This document shows positions 23,747 to 32,662 of a DNA stretch of 64,000 nucleotides, in pieces (position 1 is the stretch's first letter; each line of letters begins with the position of its first letter). The DNA is taken from the NCBI RefSeq assembly GCF_056712565.1, contig NZ_CM160072.1, one strand, 5' to 3'. The translations under genes and the position numbers were made by a program. Under the pieces are notes generated by a model. That model saw only the letters and a list, made by a program, of their open reading frames with translations, did not search any database and was not told the origin of the DNA.

Positions 23747-24129
23747 TGGCACATTCGATTACAGTAAGACTAAACAAACCCGCAAGAGAGTTTCAGGGCG
23801 GGGAAAATATCGGATTCAACATCCGTGCTGGCGTTCAGTATTACGATCGCCAGACAAAAAAGAAAGAATGGACAAACTACAGCGCCGTTGTATTTGCCAA
23901 GCCGGGAGCGCAAGCGGATTACTATCGTAGCGTTCTGGTTGAAGGAGGCATTGTAGAAATTACCGGAGAAAACATCAGGGTTGATGTTTATCAGGGGCAA
24001 AATGGTCAATCAATCACTCTTGAATTACTGAATGCAAAGATTGGATTTGCAACTTCAGGAAACAGCCAACAGCAGCAAAGTAGCAATCATCAAAATAATC
24101 CTGAATACGACGATTCCATCCCATTCTGA
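23746..24129 (+). CDS. ssb: Short phage SSB-like OB-fold protein (127 aa) with a host-SSB-type acidic tip ...EYDDSIPF
   Basis: Internal ATG overlaps the erf stop (TAATG). Gln-rich linker plus a DDSIPF tail (compare E. coli SSB DDDIPF). Confidence 0.7.
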   Translation: MAHSITVRLNKPAREFQGGENIGFNIRAGVQYYDRQTKKKEWTNYSAVVFAKPGAQADYYRSVLVEGGIVEITGENIRVDVYQGQNGQSITLELLNAKIGFATSGNSQQQQSSNHQNNPEYDDSIPF

Positions 24130-24152
24130 TTTAGAAAAATAAGGATTTAATT

Positions 24153-24449
24153 ATGCCAGCGCCTTTGTATGGTGCGGATGACCCGCGCCGCTGTTCCGGC
24201 AATTCCGTATCGGAGGTGCTGGATAAATTCAGAAAAAACTACGATCGAATAATGTCTCTACCGCAGGAAACGAAAGAGGAAAAGGAATTTCGCCACTGTA
24301 TATGGCTTGCAGAGAAAGAAGAACGCGAGCGAATTTACCAGACATCAATCCGACCATTCCGCAAAGCCACATATACCCACTTCCCTGAATATATCGACCC
24401 GCGCCTGCGTAATTACCGCTCACGCTATGGCGCTATCAGTAATGACTGA
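24153..24449 (+). CDS. Hypothetical protein (98 aa)
   Basis: ORF track; AAGGA SD; ea-region location. Confidence 0.55.
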   Translation: MPAPLYGADDPRRCSGNSVSEVLDKFRKNYDRIMSLPQETKEEKEFRHCIWLAEKEERERIYQTSIRPFRKATYTHFPEYIDPRLRNYRSRYGAISND

Positions 24450-24525
24450 GGAATTTACCATGAGAGGACTTGCTTAAGAGAAAGAGTTTCGGTTCTGTTA
24501 ATGACAACAAATATCTGAATGCGAT

Positions 24526-25062
24526 GTGGCGGAGTGGGAAGAAATGAAACAAATGTCACTAATTGAGATGGATGGTTTTCTGAAAGGTAAATGCATCCCA
24601 AGTGATTTAAAGGTTAACGAAACAAACGCTGAATACCTTGTCCGTAAGTTCGGTGAACTTGAATCAAAACTGGAAACGGCGTTGCGGGAGTGTAGTTCTG
24701 CTGGAATCACGATTGATAACCTTGAGGCTAAATGCGCGAAGATGGCTGCTGAAAATACCTCACTTAAGCAATCTGAGAAGGAATTTAATGACTTTTGTCG
24801 TGAGGAGTTTAGCGAATGGGAAGATGATGTTACTGAAACCCCAGCCACCGATGCTTTTCTGGCTGAAGTGCGGGCGCAGGGGGTGGATGCTGCTATAGAA
24901 GCTGCAAAAAATCTGGTGGCCCAAGAATATGAGTATAAGGATTTCAAAGCGGCGCAGAGTGATTGCTGTATGCACCCTGGTTCAGACCTGGTAGGGAAGG
25001 TTGAAATGACTGAGTGGTTAGTTGACTTTGCTGCCCAGCTTCGCAAAGGAGGCAACCAGTGA
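24526..25062 (+). CDS. Ead/Ea22-like coiled-coil protein (178 aa; start uncertain, GTG 24526 or ATG 24544)
   Basis: ORF track. The TPATDAFLAEVRAQGVDAAIE motif and coiled-coil N-terminal half are typical of Ea22-like proteins of lambdoid prophages. Confidence 0.6.
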   Translation: MAEWEEMKQMSLIEMDGFLKGKCIPSDLKVNETNAEYLVRKFGELESKLETALRECSSAGITIDNLEAKCAKMAAENTSLKQSEKEFNDFCREEFSEWEDDVTETPATDAFLAEVRAQGVDAAIEAAKNLVAQEYEYKDFKAAQSDCCMHPGSDLVGKVEMTEWLVDFAAQLRKGGNQ

Positions 25063-25358
25063 CTGTATGTCTTATTGATAAACGTCGACGTGGGCAACAA
25101 ATACCATCTGTTGAAATGCCGAATCACACATGGTTTTGCGTACTTGATATCGATGGTATGGATACGTTGGTTGACACTCGTCATTACTGCGATACCGCAA
25201 CAGCTACTCCGGCGAAAGCAAAGAAAATGGCTGCTCTGATAGAAAACTGGACTCCACCTGATGGTTGGTGCAATGGGAATGATCGAGATTGGCACGAAAA
25301 AATGAAGGGCTATATCTGCGATTTTTTACGTAAATGCAACGGCTTCAGGGGGATGTGA
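25059..25358 (+). CDS. Hypothetical Cys/Trp-rich protein (99 aa)
   Basis: ORF track. GTGA overlap with the upstream gene. Confidence 0.5.
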   Translation: MTVCLIDKRRRGQQIPSVEMPNHTWFCVLDIDGMDTLVDTRHYCDTATATPAKAKKMAALIENWTPPDGWCNGNDRDWHEKMKGYICDFLRKCNGFRGM

Positions 25359-25359
25359 T

Positions 25360-25932
25360 ATGACCAAAATTAACTATCAGGCACTGCGTGAGGCGGCAGA
25401 ACGTGCAATTCCGGCAATGGAACGCCTGTTAATGTTGCCAGTTGATGATGATTTGTTAAGTGAACAGGAACTTAAGGATTACGGTGTGGATATTGATGCG
25501 CTCAACGCCTTCAAATTTCTGACCGGACCAGAAACCGTGCTGGCGCTGCTGGATGAACGGGAAAGAAACCAGCAATACATCAAACGCCGCGACCAGGAGA
25601 ACGAGGAAATTGCGCTAACGGTAGGGAAGCTGCGCGTTGAGCTGGAAGCTGCAGAGAAGCGCATTGCAGAACTGGAAGCCGAACCTGTAAGCCAAACTTA
25701 CAAGTTGAACGAGCTGTCGGGCAACTATCCGGTAACTCCGGATGGTTGGATAAGCTGTAGTGAGCGAATGCCCGCTCAAGATGATTGGATTTTAATTTAT
25801 TCAAAGCACGGCGAGTATATGGCAGGACAGGTACAAGGGGAATACGTGGAGTTGAGCGACGGCACTTTATCGTGGTTAGGGAACGCCTTGTACTGGATGC
25901 CTCTACCGGAACCGCCGCAGGAGGTTAATTGA
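25360..25932 (+). CDS. Ea22-like N-terminus / DUF551 C-terminal domain protein (190 aa)
   Basis: ORF track. The C-terminal W.S..ERMP....W.L.......G...........WMPLPEPP pattern is typical of DUF551. Confidence 0.65.
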   Translation: MTKINYQALREAAERAIPAMERLLMLPVDDDLLSEQELKDYGVDIDALNAFKFLTGPETVLALLDERERNQQYIKRRDQENEEIALTVGKLRVELEAAEKRIAELEAEPVSQTYKLNELSGNYPVTPDGWISCSERMPAQDDWILIYSKHGEYMAGQVQGEYVELSDGTLSWLGNALYWMPLPEPPQEVN

Positions 25933-26126
25933 TGGTCTCCTTCGCGAAATATACGATTATTGACTGGATAGCATTCATTCAGGTTTTGCTCATCTGGTTT
26001 TATATGGCTTACAGGAGTGGACAGTGGATTGTCAGTGTAGCCTGTAGCAATGGATGGCGTTGGTGGAACCGAAAGAATAAAAAAAGCGCTGGCCTTGGCT
26101 TCGTTTTACGAAGCATTCAATCTTAA
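25932..26126 (+). CDS. Small membrane protein (64 aa)
   Basis: ATG 25932 overlaps the upstream stop (TGATG). AGGAGG SD 8 nt upstream. Hydrophobic N-terminal half. Confidence 0.5.
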   Translation: MVSFAKYTIIDWIAFIQVLLIWFYMAYRSGQWIVSVACSNGWRWWNRKNKKSAGLGFVLRSIQS

Positions 26127-26209
26127 CAGTCTTCAGCCTGGTTCTGTCGTTGTAGTCACCACTCAAAGCGGCATGACGATACAAATTCACAAGCCAAAGG
26201 AGGAAGGTC

Positions 26210-26494
26210 GTGGCTAACCTGCAACTTGCCGTTAAAGGTGAATACTTCGATGCCATGATTCGCGGAGAGAAAACGGAAGAGTATCGCCTGTGTAATGACT
26301 ACTGGAATAAGCGAATTATGTTCCGCGAGTATGACCGCCTGATTATCACAAAGGGATATCCGAAGCGCGACGATTCCAGCCGCAGAATTGACGTCCCGTA
26401 TGACGGATATGAAATCAAGACAATCACACATCCGCACTTCGGCGATAAACCGGTAAAGGTGTTCGCTATAAAGGTGAATATCGACAATGAATGA
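26210..26494 (+). CDS. ASCH (PUA-like) domain protein (94 aa)
   Basis: ORF track. GTG start with AAGGAGGAAGG SD. ..VKGEYFDAMIRGEKTEEYR... is typical of ASCH-domain proteins. Confidence 0.6.
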   Translation: MANLQLAVKGEYFDAMIRGEKTEEYRLCNDYWNKRIMFREYDRLIITKGYPKRDDSSRRIDVPYDGYEIKTITHPHFGDKPVKVFAIKVNIDNE

Positions 26495-26566
26495 TAATCC
26501 TCGCACTCGCGGGGATTTCTTTTATCTGAACTCGCTACGGCGGGTTTTGTTTTATGGAGATGATAA

Positions 26567-26734
26567 ATGCACTTCCGAGTCACAGGTGAATGGAATGGAG
26601 AGCCATTCAACAGAGTTATCGAAGCAGAGAACATCAACGACTGCTATGACCACTGGATGCTGTGGGCGCAGATAGCACATGCAGACGTAACTAATATTCG
26701 AATTGAAGAACTGAAAGAACACCAAGCCGCCTGA
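26567..26734 (+). CDS. Small hypothetical protein (55 aa), K-12 ypdJ-region homologue
   Basis: Own translation: MHFRVTGEWNGEPFNRVIEAENINDCYDHWMLWAQIAHADVTNIRIEELKEHQAA. The stop codon sits in the loop of the following terminator. Confidence 0.5.
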   Translation: MHFRVTGEWNGEPFNRVIEAENINDCYDHWMLWAQIAHADVTNIRIEELKEHQAA

Positions 26735-26746
26735 TGGCGGTTTTTT
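26725..26746 (+). terminator. Intrinsic terminator ending the PL operon before torI
   Basis: CCGCC-TGAT-GGCGG followed by T6. Confidence 0.7.
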
Positions 26747-26756
26747 ATTGCCTGAT

Positions 26757-26772
26757 TTGCAGGTTCGATTCC
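26757..26772 (+). other. tRNA-Arg (argW) T-arm-like fragment TTGCAGGTTCGATTCC
   Basis: 16/16 match to my recollection of argW (..AATTGCAGGTTCGATTCCTGCAGGGGACACCA). The T-stem 3' strand is missing, so this is not a tRNA gene. Confidence 0.5.
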
Positions 26773-26791
26773 CTATTCGGAGATAGCACTC

Positions 26792-26992
26792 ATGCAACAC
26801 GAACTACAACCTGATTCACTGGTTGATTTGAAATTCATCATGGCCGATACTGGCTTCGGTAAAACCTTCATCTATGACCGGATTAAGTCCGGCGACCTGC
26901 CAAAAGCCAAAGTTATCCACGGGCGAGCAAGATGGTTATATCGTGACCATTGTGAATTCAAAAATAAGCTCTTAAGCCGCGCCAATGGGTAA
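26792..26992 (+). CDS. torI: Excisionase / TorR inhibitor TorI (66 aa)
   Basis: MQHELQPDSLVDLKFIMADTGFGKTFIYDRIKSGDLPKAKVIHGRARWLYRDHCEFKNKLLSRANG is recognised as K-12 KplE1 TorI. Last phage gene before attR. Confidence 0.85.
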   Translation: MQHELQPDSLVDLKFIMADTGFGKTFIYDRIKSGDLPKAKVIHGRARWLYRDHCEFKNKLLSRANG

Positions 26993-27065
26993 AATAGCGG
27001 GTAAAATATTTCTCACATCTAAAAAACACCATTCCAATCAATCCCCTGCCGCCTCAAGTAGATGT

Positions 27066-27080
27066 CTGCAGGGGACACCA
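27066..27080 (+). other. attR core: displaced 3' end of argW (CTGCAGGGGACACCA)
   Basis: Matches the T-stem/acceptor/CCA end of argW from memory. Marks the phage-to-chromosome switch; dsdC follows as in K-12. Confidence 0.75.
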
Positions 27081-27179
27081 TTCTTGTGTTTATCCCTAAA
27101 ACCACGTAAAAACCGTAAATTATTAAATTCGCACTAGCAATGCCGAATAAGGCACACCAGGAACTCGTGGTCTTATTCA

Positions 27180-28115
27180 TTATGAAGTGGTTTTTACCTG
27201 TTCTCTTAACCAAGTAATAAATGCCTCAATTTTTGGCCACTGCCTGCCCGGTAATGTAGTGATGTAATAATGCTGATGGCATTTCACCGTCATATCGCCA
27301 AACGGCGCGACGAGCTCACCACTGGCAAGCCTTTTTTGTACCAGACGTTTCCTTCCCATCGCCACCCCAATATGATTCATCGCGGCGATAACGGCTAAAT
27401 CAGAGCGATCAAAGCCAATTCCAGAAGATGTCGGCAAATTAACCGCATAATGTTGCGCCCAACTATGCCATTCATCCGTACCGGAGTCGTTGCTCCATGC
27501 CTGTCTGTCATGGAGCAACGTACAGTGACGCAGGTTAATTACCGTGTTGGTTAAATCATGTCTATGAGCGTACTCCGGGCTGCAAACTGGCAGGATTTCT
27601 TCATCCATCAGAAAGTGATGAGCCAATTGCGCTGACGGCGCATCATCAAAGTAGATCGCCAAATCGATTCCGGCACGTTGCAAATTGACATTGTCATTAC
27701 CAGTGAGCACGGTGAGCGAAATAGACGGATATCGGCGTGTAAAGTCACCTAATGCGGGCACCAACCAGCATTGGGCGATAGAGGGCCGGGAATACAACGT
27801 TAACGTTCCCGATAACTCCTGATTTTTGATATCCAGAATTTCCTGATTCAGGGTATCCAGCGACGATTTTAGCGCCCAATAAACACGTTTCCCCTCGTGC
27901 GTTAATTCCACTTTGCGATGGGAACGAACAAACAACTGAATACCTAATTCTTCTTCCAGCTGATTGATACGGTGACTTACCGCACTGGGGCTCAGCGACA
28001 ATTCCTCTGCCGCAAGGGCGAAGGACTGATGCCTGGCAGCCACTTCAAAAGTATGCAGTTTTGATAGTTGCCAGCCGTTAAGCAGTCGATTTCTTATTTC
28101 ACGAAGGGGTTCCAT
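27180..28115 (-). CDS. dsdC: LysR-family activator of dsdXA (311 aa from MEPLREIRN...)
   Basis: Recognised K-12 DsdC sequence; the K-12 start is the internal ATG at 28115. Confidence 0.95.
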   Translation of the reverse strand: MEPLREIRNRLLNGWQLSKLHTFEVAARHQSFALAAEELSLSPSAVSHRINQLEEELGIQLFVRSHRKVELTHEGKRVYWALKSSLDTLNQEILDIKNQELSGTLTLYSRPSIAQCWLVPALGDFTRRYPSISLTVLTGNDNVNLQRAGIDLAIYFDDAPSAQLAHHFLMDEEILPVCSPEYAHRHDLTNTVINLRHCTLLHDRQAWSNDSGTDEWHSWAQHYAVNLPTSSGIGFDRSDLAVIAAMNHIGVAMGRKRLVQKRLASGELVAPFGDMTVKCHQHYYITTLPGRQWPKIEAFITWLREQVKTTS

Positions 28116-28332
28116 AATCACCTCATTTTTCTCTTAAGTGTAAAAAAATAGCGGCAAAATTTCAGCTTCTAGGTGAGCTAAAGTGAACCATATCTCAATT
28201 CACCTTCATTTTTAGATGTAAATCACTCCATTGATGCAATTTAGCTCACGTGAAAGGCAAATTTTATCGTTTGTCAGCCTGCGTTGTTTTTTTGTCCAAT
28301 ATCATCAGGTTAATCACAGGGGAAGGTGAGAT

Positions 28333-29670
28333 ATGCACTCTCAAATCTGGGTTGTGAGCACGCTGCTTATCAGCATCGTGTTAATTGTACTGACCATCGT
28401 GAAGTTCAAATTCCACCCGTTTCTGGCGCTGTTGCTGGCCAGCTTCTTCGTGGGAACGATGATGGGCATGGGGCCACTGGATATGGTAAATGCTATTGAA
28501 AGTGGAATTGGCGGAACGCTGGGGTTCCTCGCTGCGGTTATCGGCCTTGGCACGATACTGGGAAAAATGATGGAAGTATCCGGGGCCGCAGAAAGAATTG
28601 GTCTGACACTTCAACGCTGCCGGTGGCTTTCAGCTGATGTCATTATGGTGCTGGTTGGCCTGATTTGCGGCATCACGCTGTTTGTTGAAGTGGGCGTCGT
28701 GCTATTGATTCCTCTGGCTTTTTCAATTGCCAAAAAAACCAATACCTCATTGTTAAAGCTGGCCATTCCGCTGTGTACCGCATTGATGGCAGTGCACTGC
28801 GTGGTTCCCCCACATCCGGCTGCTTTATATGTTGCCAATAAGCTGGGCGCAGATATCGGTTCGGTGATCGTCTACGGTTTGCTGGTTGGGCTGATGGCAT
28901 CACTGATCGGTGGCCCACTTTTCCTTAAATTTCTGGGGCAACGACTGCCCTTTAAACCTGTACCCACAGAGTTTGCCGATCTCAAAGTTCGCGATGAAAA
29001 AACACTACCGTCATTAGGCGCAACGTTATTCACCATACTGCTACCCATTGCGCTGATGTTGGTTAAAACGATTGCCGAATTGAATATGGCGCGTGAGAGT
29101 GGTTTGTATACCTTGCTTGAGTTTATTGGCAACCCTATCACTGCCATGTTTATCGCCGTATTTGTCGCCTATTATGTGTTGGGTATACGTCAGCATATGA
29201 GCATGGGGACGATGCTCACACATACGGAAAATGGTTTCGGTTCTATTGCTAATATTTTGCTGATTATCGGGGCCGGAGGCGCATTCAACGCCATTTTAAA
29301 AAGCAGCAGTCTCGCTGATACGCTGGCAGTTATTCTCTCCAATATGCATATGCACCCGATTCTTCTGGCCTGGTTGGTGGCACTTATTCTGCATGCTGCA
29401 GTGGGCTCCGCTACGGTGGCAATGATGGGGGCAACGGCAATTGTTGCACCCATGCTGCCGCTGTATCCCGACATCAGCCCGGAAATTATTGCAATTGCCA
29501 TCGGTTCAGGTGCGATTGGCTGCACGATCGTTACGGACTCGCTTTTCTGGCTGGTGAAGCAATATTGCGGTGCTACGCTCAATGAAACATTTAAATACTA
29601 TACGACAGCGACATTTATCGCTTCAGTCATCGCTCTGGCGGGCACATTCCTGCTGTCATTTATCATCTAA
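28333..29670 (+). CDS. dsdX: D-serine transporter (GntP family, 445 aa)
   Basis: ORF track; K-12 length and synteny. Confidence 0.95.
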   Translation: MHSQIWVVSTLLISIVLIVLTIVKFKFHPFLALLLASFFVGTMMGMGPLDMVNAIESGIGGTLGFLAAVIGLGTILGKMMEVSGAAERIGLTLQRCRWLSADVIMVLVGLICGITLFVEVGVVLLIPLAFSIAKKTNTSLLKLAIPLCTALMAVHCVVPPHPAALYVANKLGADIGSVIVYGLLVGLMASLIGGPLFLKFLGQRLPFKPVPTEFADLKVRDEKTLPSLGATLFTILLPIALMLVKTIAELNMARESGLYTLLEFIGNPITAMFIAVFVAYYVLGIRQHMSMGTMLTHTENGFGSIANILLIIGAGGAFNAILKSSSLADTLAVILSNMHMHPILLAWLVALILHAAVGSATVAMMGATAIVAPMLPLYPDISPEIIAIAIGSGAIGCTIVTDSLFWLVKQYCGATLNETFKYYTTATFIASVIALAGTFLLSFII

Positions 29671-29687
29671 GCGCAAAGAGACGTACT

Positions 29688-31016
29688 ATGGAAAACGCTA
29701 AAATGAATTCGCTCATCGCCCAGTATCCGTTGGTAGAGGATCTGGTTGCTCTTAAAGAAACCACCTGGTTTAATCCTGGCACGACCTCATTGGCAGAAGG
29801 TTTACCTTATGTTGGCCTGACCGAACAGGATGTTCAGGACGCCCATGCGCGCCTGTCTCGTTTTGCGCCGTATCTGGCAAAAGCATTTCCTGAAACGGCT
29901 GCCGCGGGGGGGATTATTGAATCAGAACTGGTTGCTATTCCTGCTATGCAAAAACGGCTGGAAAAGGAATATCACCAGCCGATCGCCGGGCAATTGCTAC
30001 TAAAAAAAGACAGCCATTTGCCGATTTCCGGCTCCATAAAAGCACGTGGCGGGATTTATGAAGTCCTGGCCCATGCTGAAAAACTGGCTCTGGAAGCGGG
30101 TTTGCTGACACTTGAGGATGATTACAGCAAACTGCTTTCCCCGGAGTTTAAACAGTTCTTTAGCCAATACAGTATTGCTGTGGGATCAACCGGAAATCTG
30201 GGGTTATCAATTGGTATTATGAGCGCCCGCATCGGCTTTAAAGTAACGGTGCATATGTCTGCTGATGCCCGCGCCTGGAAAAAAGCGAAACTGCGCAGTC
30301 ATGGCGTTACTGTCGTGGAATACGAGCAAGATTATGGTGTTGCTGTCGAGGAAGGACGTAAAGCAGCGCAGTCTGACCCGAACTGTTTCTTTATTGATGA
30401 CGAGAATTCCCGCACGTTGTTCCTTGGATATTCCGTCGCAGGCCAGCGTCTTAAGGCACAATTTGCTCAGCAAGGTCGCATCGTCAATGCTGATAACCCT
30501 CTGTTTGTCTATCTGCCGTGTGGTGTTGGCGGTGGTCCTGGTGGCGTCGCATTCGGACTTAAACTGGCGTTTGGCGATCATGTTCACTGCTTTTTTGCCG
30601 AACCAACGCACTCCCCGTGTATGTTATTAGGCGTCCATACCGGATTACACGATCAGATTTCTGTTCAGGATATTGGCATCGACAACCTTACCGCTGCCGA
30701 TGGCCTTGCGGTTGGTCGCGCATCGGGCTTTGTCGGGCGGGCAATGGAGCGTCTGCTGGATGGCTTCTATACCCTTAGCGATCAAACCATGTATGACATG
30801 CTTAGCTGGTTGGCGCAGGAAGAAGGTATTCGTCTTGAACCATCGGCACTGGCGGGTATGGCCGGGCCTCAGCGCGTGTGCGCATCAGTAAGTTACCAAC
30901 AGATGCACGGTTTCAGCGCAGAACAACTGCGTAATGCCACTCATCTGGTGTGGGCGACGGGAGGTGGAATGGTGCCGGAAGAAGAGATGAATCAATATCT
31001 GGCAAAAGGCCGTTAA
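29688..31016 (+). CDS. dsdA: D-serine ammonia-lyase (442 aa)
   Basis: ORF track; PLP site SGSIKARGG; K-12 length and synteny. Confidence 0.95.
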   Translation: MENAKMNSLIAQYPLVEDLVALKETTWFNPGTTSLAEGLPYVGLTEQDVQDAHARLSRFAPYLAKAFPETAAAGGIIESELVAIPAMQKRLEKEYHQPIAGQLLLKKDSHLPISGSIKARGGIYEVLAHAEKLALEAGLLTLEDDYSKLLSPEFKQFFSQYSIAVGSTGNLGLSIGIMSARIGFKVTVHMSADARAWKKAKLRSHGVTVVEYEQDYGVAVEEGRKAAQSDPNCFFIDDENSRTLFLGYSVAGQRLKAQFAQQGRIVNADNPLFVYLPCGVGGGPGGVAFGLKLAFGDHVHCFFAEPTHSPCMLLGVHTGLHDQISVQDIGIDNLTAADGLAVGRASGFVGRAMERLLDGFYTLSDQTMYDMLSWLAQEEGIRLEPSALAGMAGPQRVCASVSYQQMHGFSAEQLRNATHLVWATGGGMVPEEEMNQYLAKGR

Positions 31017-31123
31017 TAACGTTTCAACGCAGCATCGCCATCCTTTCCCTGGGTGAGCGATGCTGCCGATGACGCAGACTTAAGATTCTGCCGTTTTACC
31101 TGCTATAGCCTCCTCTTTTTCCA

Positions 31124-32662
31124 TCACCCAACGCCTTTCGCTGTAAACGGCGGTTTCGCAAACCAAACCAAAACCGTAAGTAAGATAAAAGCAATAGCCG
31201 CCATACGGAAAATCTCATTTGCAGAAATAGAAAGTGACTGCTGAGTTATTTCATTATTAATTTCATTAAGAACTCCTGAAAGCGAACCATAGTATTTATC
31301 CATAATTTGTGACGATGAATTAAACACGGGGTTAAATTGATCGATGGTTGCTGTCAACTGACTATGGTGTAACGATTCGCGGCGTCCCCACAGTGTCATT
31401 GTCAACGACGTACCAACTGATCCTGACAAGGTGCGAAAAAAATTACTCATACTCGAGGCATTGGCAAATTTATTATCTGGCAAGCCTGAAAACGAAATCG
31501 TTGTTAAGGGTAAAAAGAAACAGGCAACGGCGAATCCCTGAAAAAACTGTGGCAAAATGATGCCTGTAAAATCAATCGTTGGCATAAATGTCACAGAACG
31601 CCAGTAATAGCAAACCGCATACATCAAAAAACTAAATGTCACCAACAACCGCATATCAATTTTGTTGCCATAACGTCCTATCAAAGGTGATATTAATAGC
31701 GGCATGATACCGATGGGCGCATAGGCAAGTCCGGCCCATATCGCATTATACCCCATCGTTTCCTGGAGTAACTGCGGCATAAGAACTATCGCTCCAGAGT
31801 AAAATAAATACGCGCATGTGATACTCACAATACCAATGGTGAAATTACGGGACTTAAACAAACTGAGGTCAAGAATCGGATTCTCTGAGGTCGACTCCCA
31901 AATGACTAAAGAGATCAGAGAAATAACTGATACTACTGTTAGTAGTATTATTGTACTCGAGTTGAACCAATCCAGATCGCGCCCTTTATCAAGCATAATT
32001 TGCAAGCCACCAACACCGAGCACTAACAGGGTCAGTCCTGGTAGATTCATTTTGACCGGTGAAGTCTCAGTTTCTCGTCCTTTAAGTAAGGTTAAGCATA
32101 ATGTCAGGACGATAATCCCCATAGGGACATTGATTAAAAATATCCAACCCCAGCTAAAGTTATCGCAAATATAGCCGCCCAATATCGGCCCACATATCGG
32201 AGCGATAATCACGGTCATTGACCATAATGCCAGAGCAAATGTTCTTTTTTCTGGTGGATAATTCCTTAATAATAAACTCTGTGACAGTGGAATTAACGGC
32301 CCCGCCATTAACCCCTGAACGACTCTAAAAAATATCAGCACATCAAGATTGGTCGATAAACTACACATTAATGAAGACAGCGAAAAAAAGGTTACTGAAA
32401 GTAAAAATAACCTTAATTCGCCTATTCTTTGTGCCAGCCTGCCGGTAACAGGGATCGCAATGGCATTTGCTACGCCAAACGAGGTGATAACCCAGGTGCC
32501 TTCGTCTGTTGATGCTCCCAGAAAGCCAGATATTGTCGGTATTGCGACGTTAGAAATAGTGGAATCCAACATTTGCATAAACGTCGCTAATGACAATGCA
32601 ATAGTGACGCACCATAACGTCCCACCGGTTAATGGTGCAGGAGTTGATTTAGTGATTGCCAT
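31124..32662 (-). CDS. emrY: MFS multidrug efflux pump (EmrB paralogue, 512 aa)
   Basis: ORF track; K-12 length and synteny. Confidence 0.95.
   Translation of the reverse strand: MAITKSTPAPLTGGTLWCVTIALSLATFMQMLDSTISNVAIPTISGFLGASTDEGTWVITSFGVANAIAIPVTGRLAQRIGELRLFLLSVTFFSLSSLMCSLSTNLDVLIFFRVVQGLMAGPLIPLSQSLLLRNYPPEKRTFALALWSMTVIIAPICGPILGGYICDNFSWGWIFLINVPMGIIVLTLCLTLLKGRETETSPVKMNLPGLTLLVLGVGGLQIMLDKGRDLDWFNSSTIILLTVVSVISLISLVIWESTSENPILDLSLFKSRNFTIGIVSITCAYLFYSGAIVLMPQLLQETMGYNAIWAGLAYAPIGIMPLLISPLIGRYGNKIDMRLLVTFSFLMYAVCYYWRSVTFMPTIDFTGIILPQFFQGFAVACFFLPLTTISFSGLPDNKFANASSMSNFFRTLSGSVGTSLTMTLWGRRESLHHSQLTATIDQFNPVFNSSSQIMDKYYGSLSGVLNEINNEITQQSLSISANEIFRMAAIAFILLTVLVWFAKPPFTAKGVG

Larger units (their letters stand above)
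1..27080. mobile_element. Right ~27 kb of a P22-like (Sf6/HK620/CUS-3-type) lambdoid prophage at the argW site next to dsdC; left end lies beyond the window start
   Basis: Continuous phage gene order gp7-14-26-10-4-coat-scaffold-portal-TerL-TerS-lysis-Q-nin-replication-cII-cro|c2-N-erf-ssb-ea genes-xis. It ends at a 15-nt copy of the argW 3' end (27066-27080), followed by K-12-syntenic dsdC. Confidence 0.9.

Noticed and set aside
24498-25295. 265-aa minus-strand ORF spanning two ea-region genes
   Set aside because: It is antisense to well-signalled, coupled plus-strand genes. The protein is Ser/Cys-rich and low-complexity, typical of the shadow of Glu/Lys/Ala-rich coiled-coil coding sequence, and there is no SD.
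26748-26779. TTGC-N5-TTGC upstream of torI as a possible CII-dependent (PI-like) promoter
   Set aside because: The spacing is one nucleotide short of the TTGC-N6-TTGC required by CII, and the -10 candidate (TATTCG) is poor. CII-driven excisionase expression would also run counter to lysogeny establishment.
27019-27213. 64-aa minus-strand ORF across attR
   Set aside because: It spans the phage/chromosome junction and the dsdC 3' end, has no SD, and is a chance ORF in an AT-rich att arm.
31029-31066. Hairpin between dsdA and emrY as an intrinsic terminator
   Set aside because: It has a 10-bp stem but an 18-nt loop and no U-tract on either strand, so there is insufficient evidence to call a terminator.
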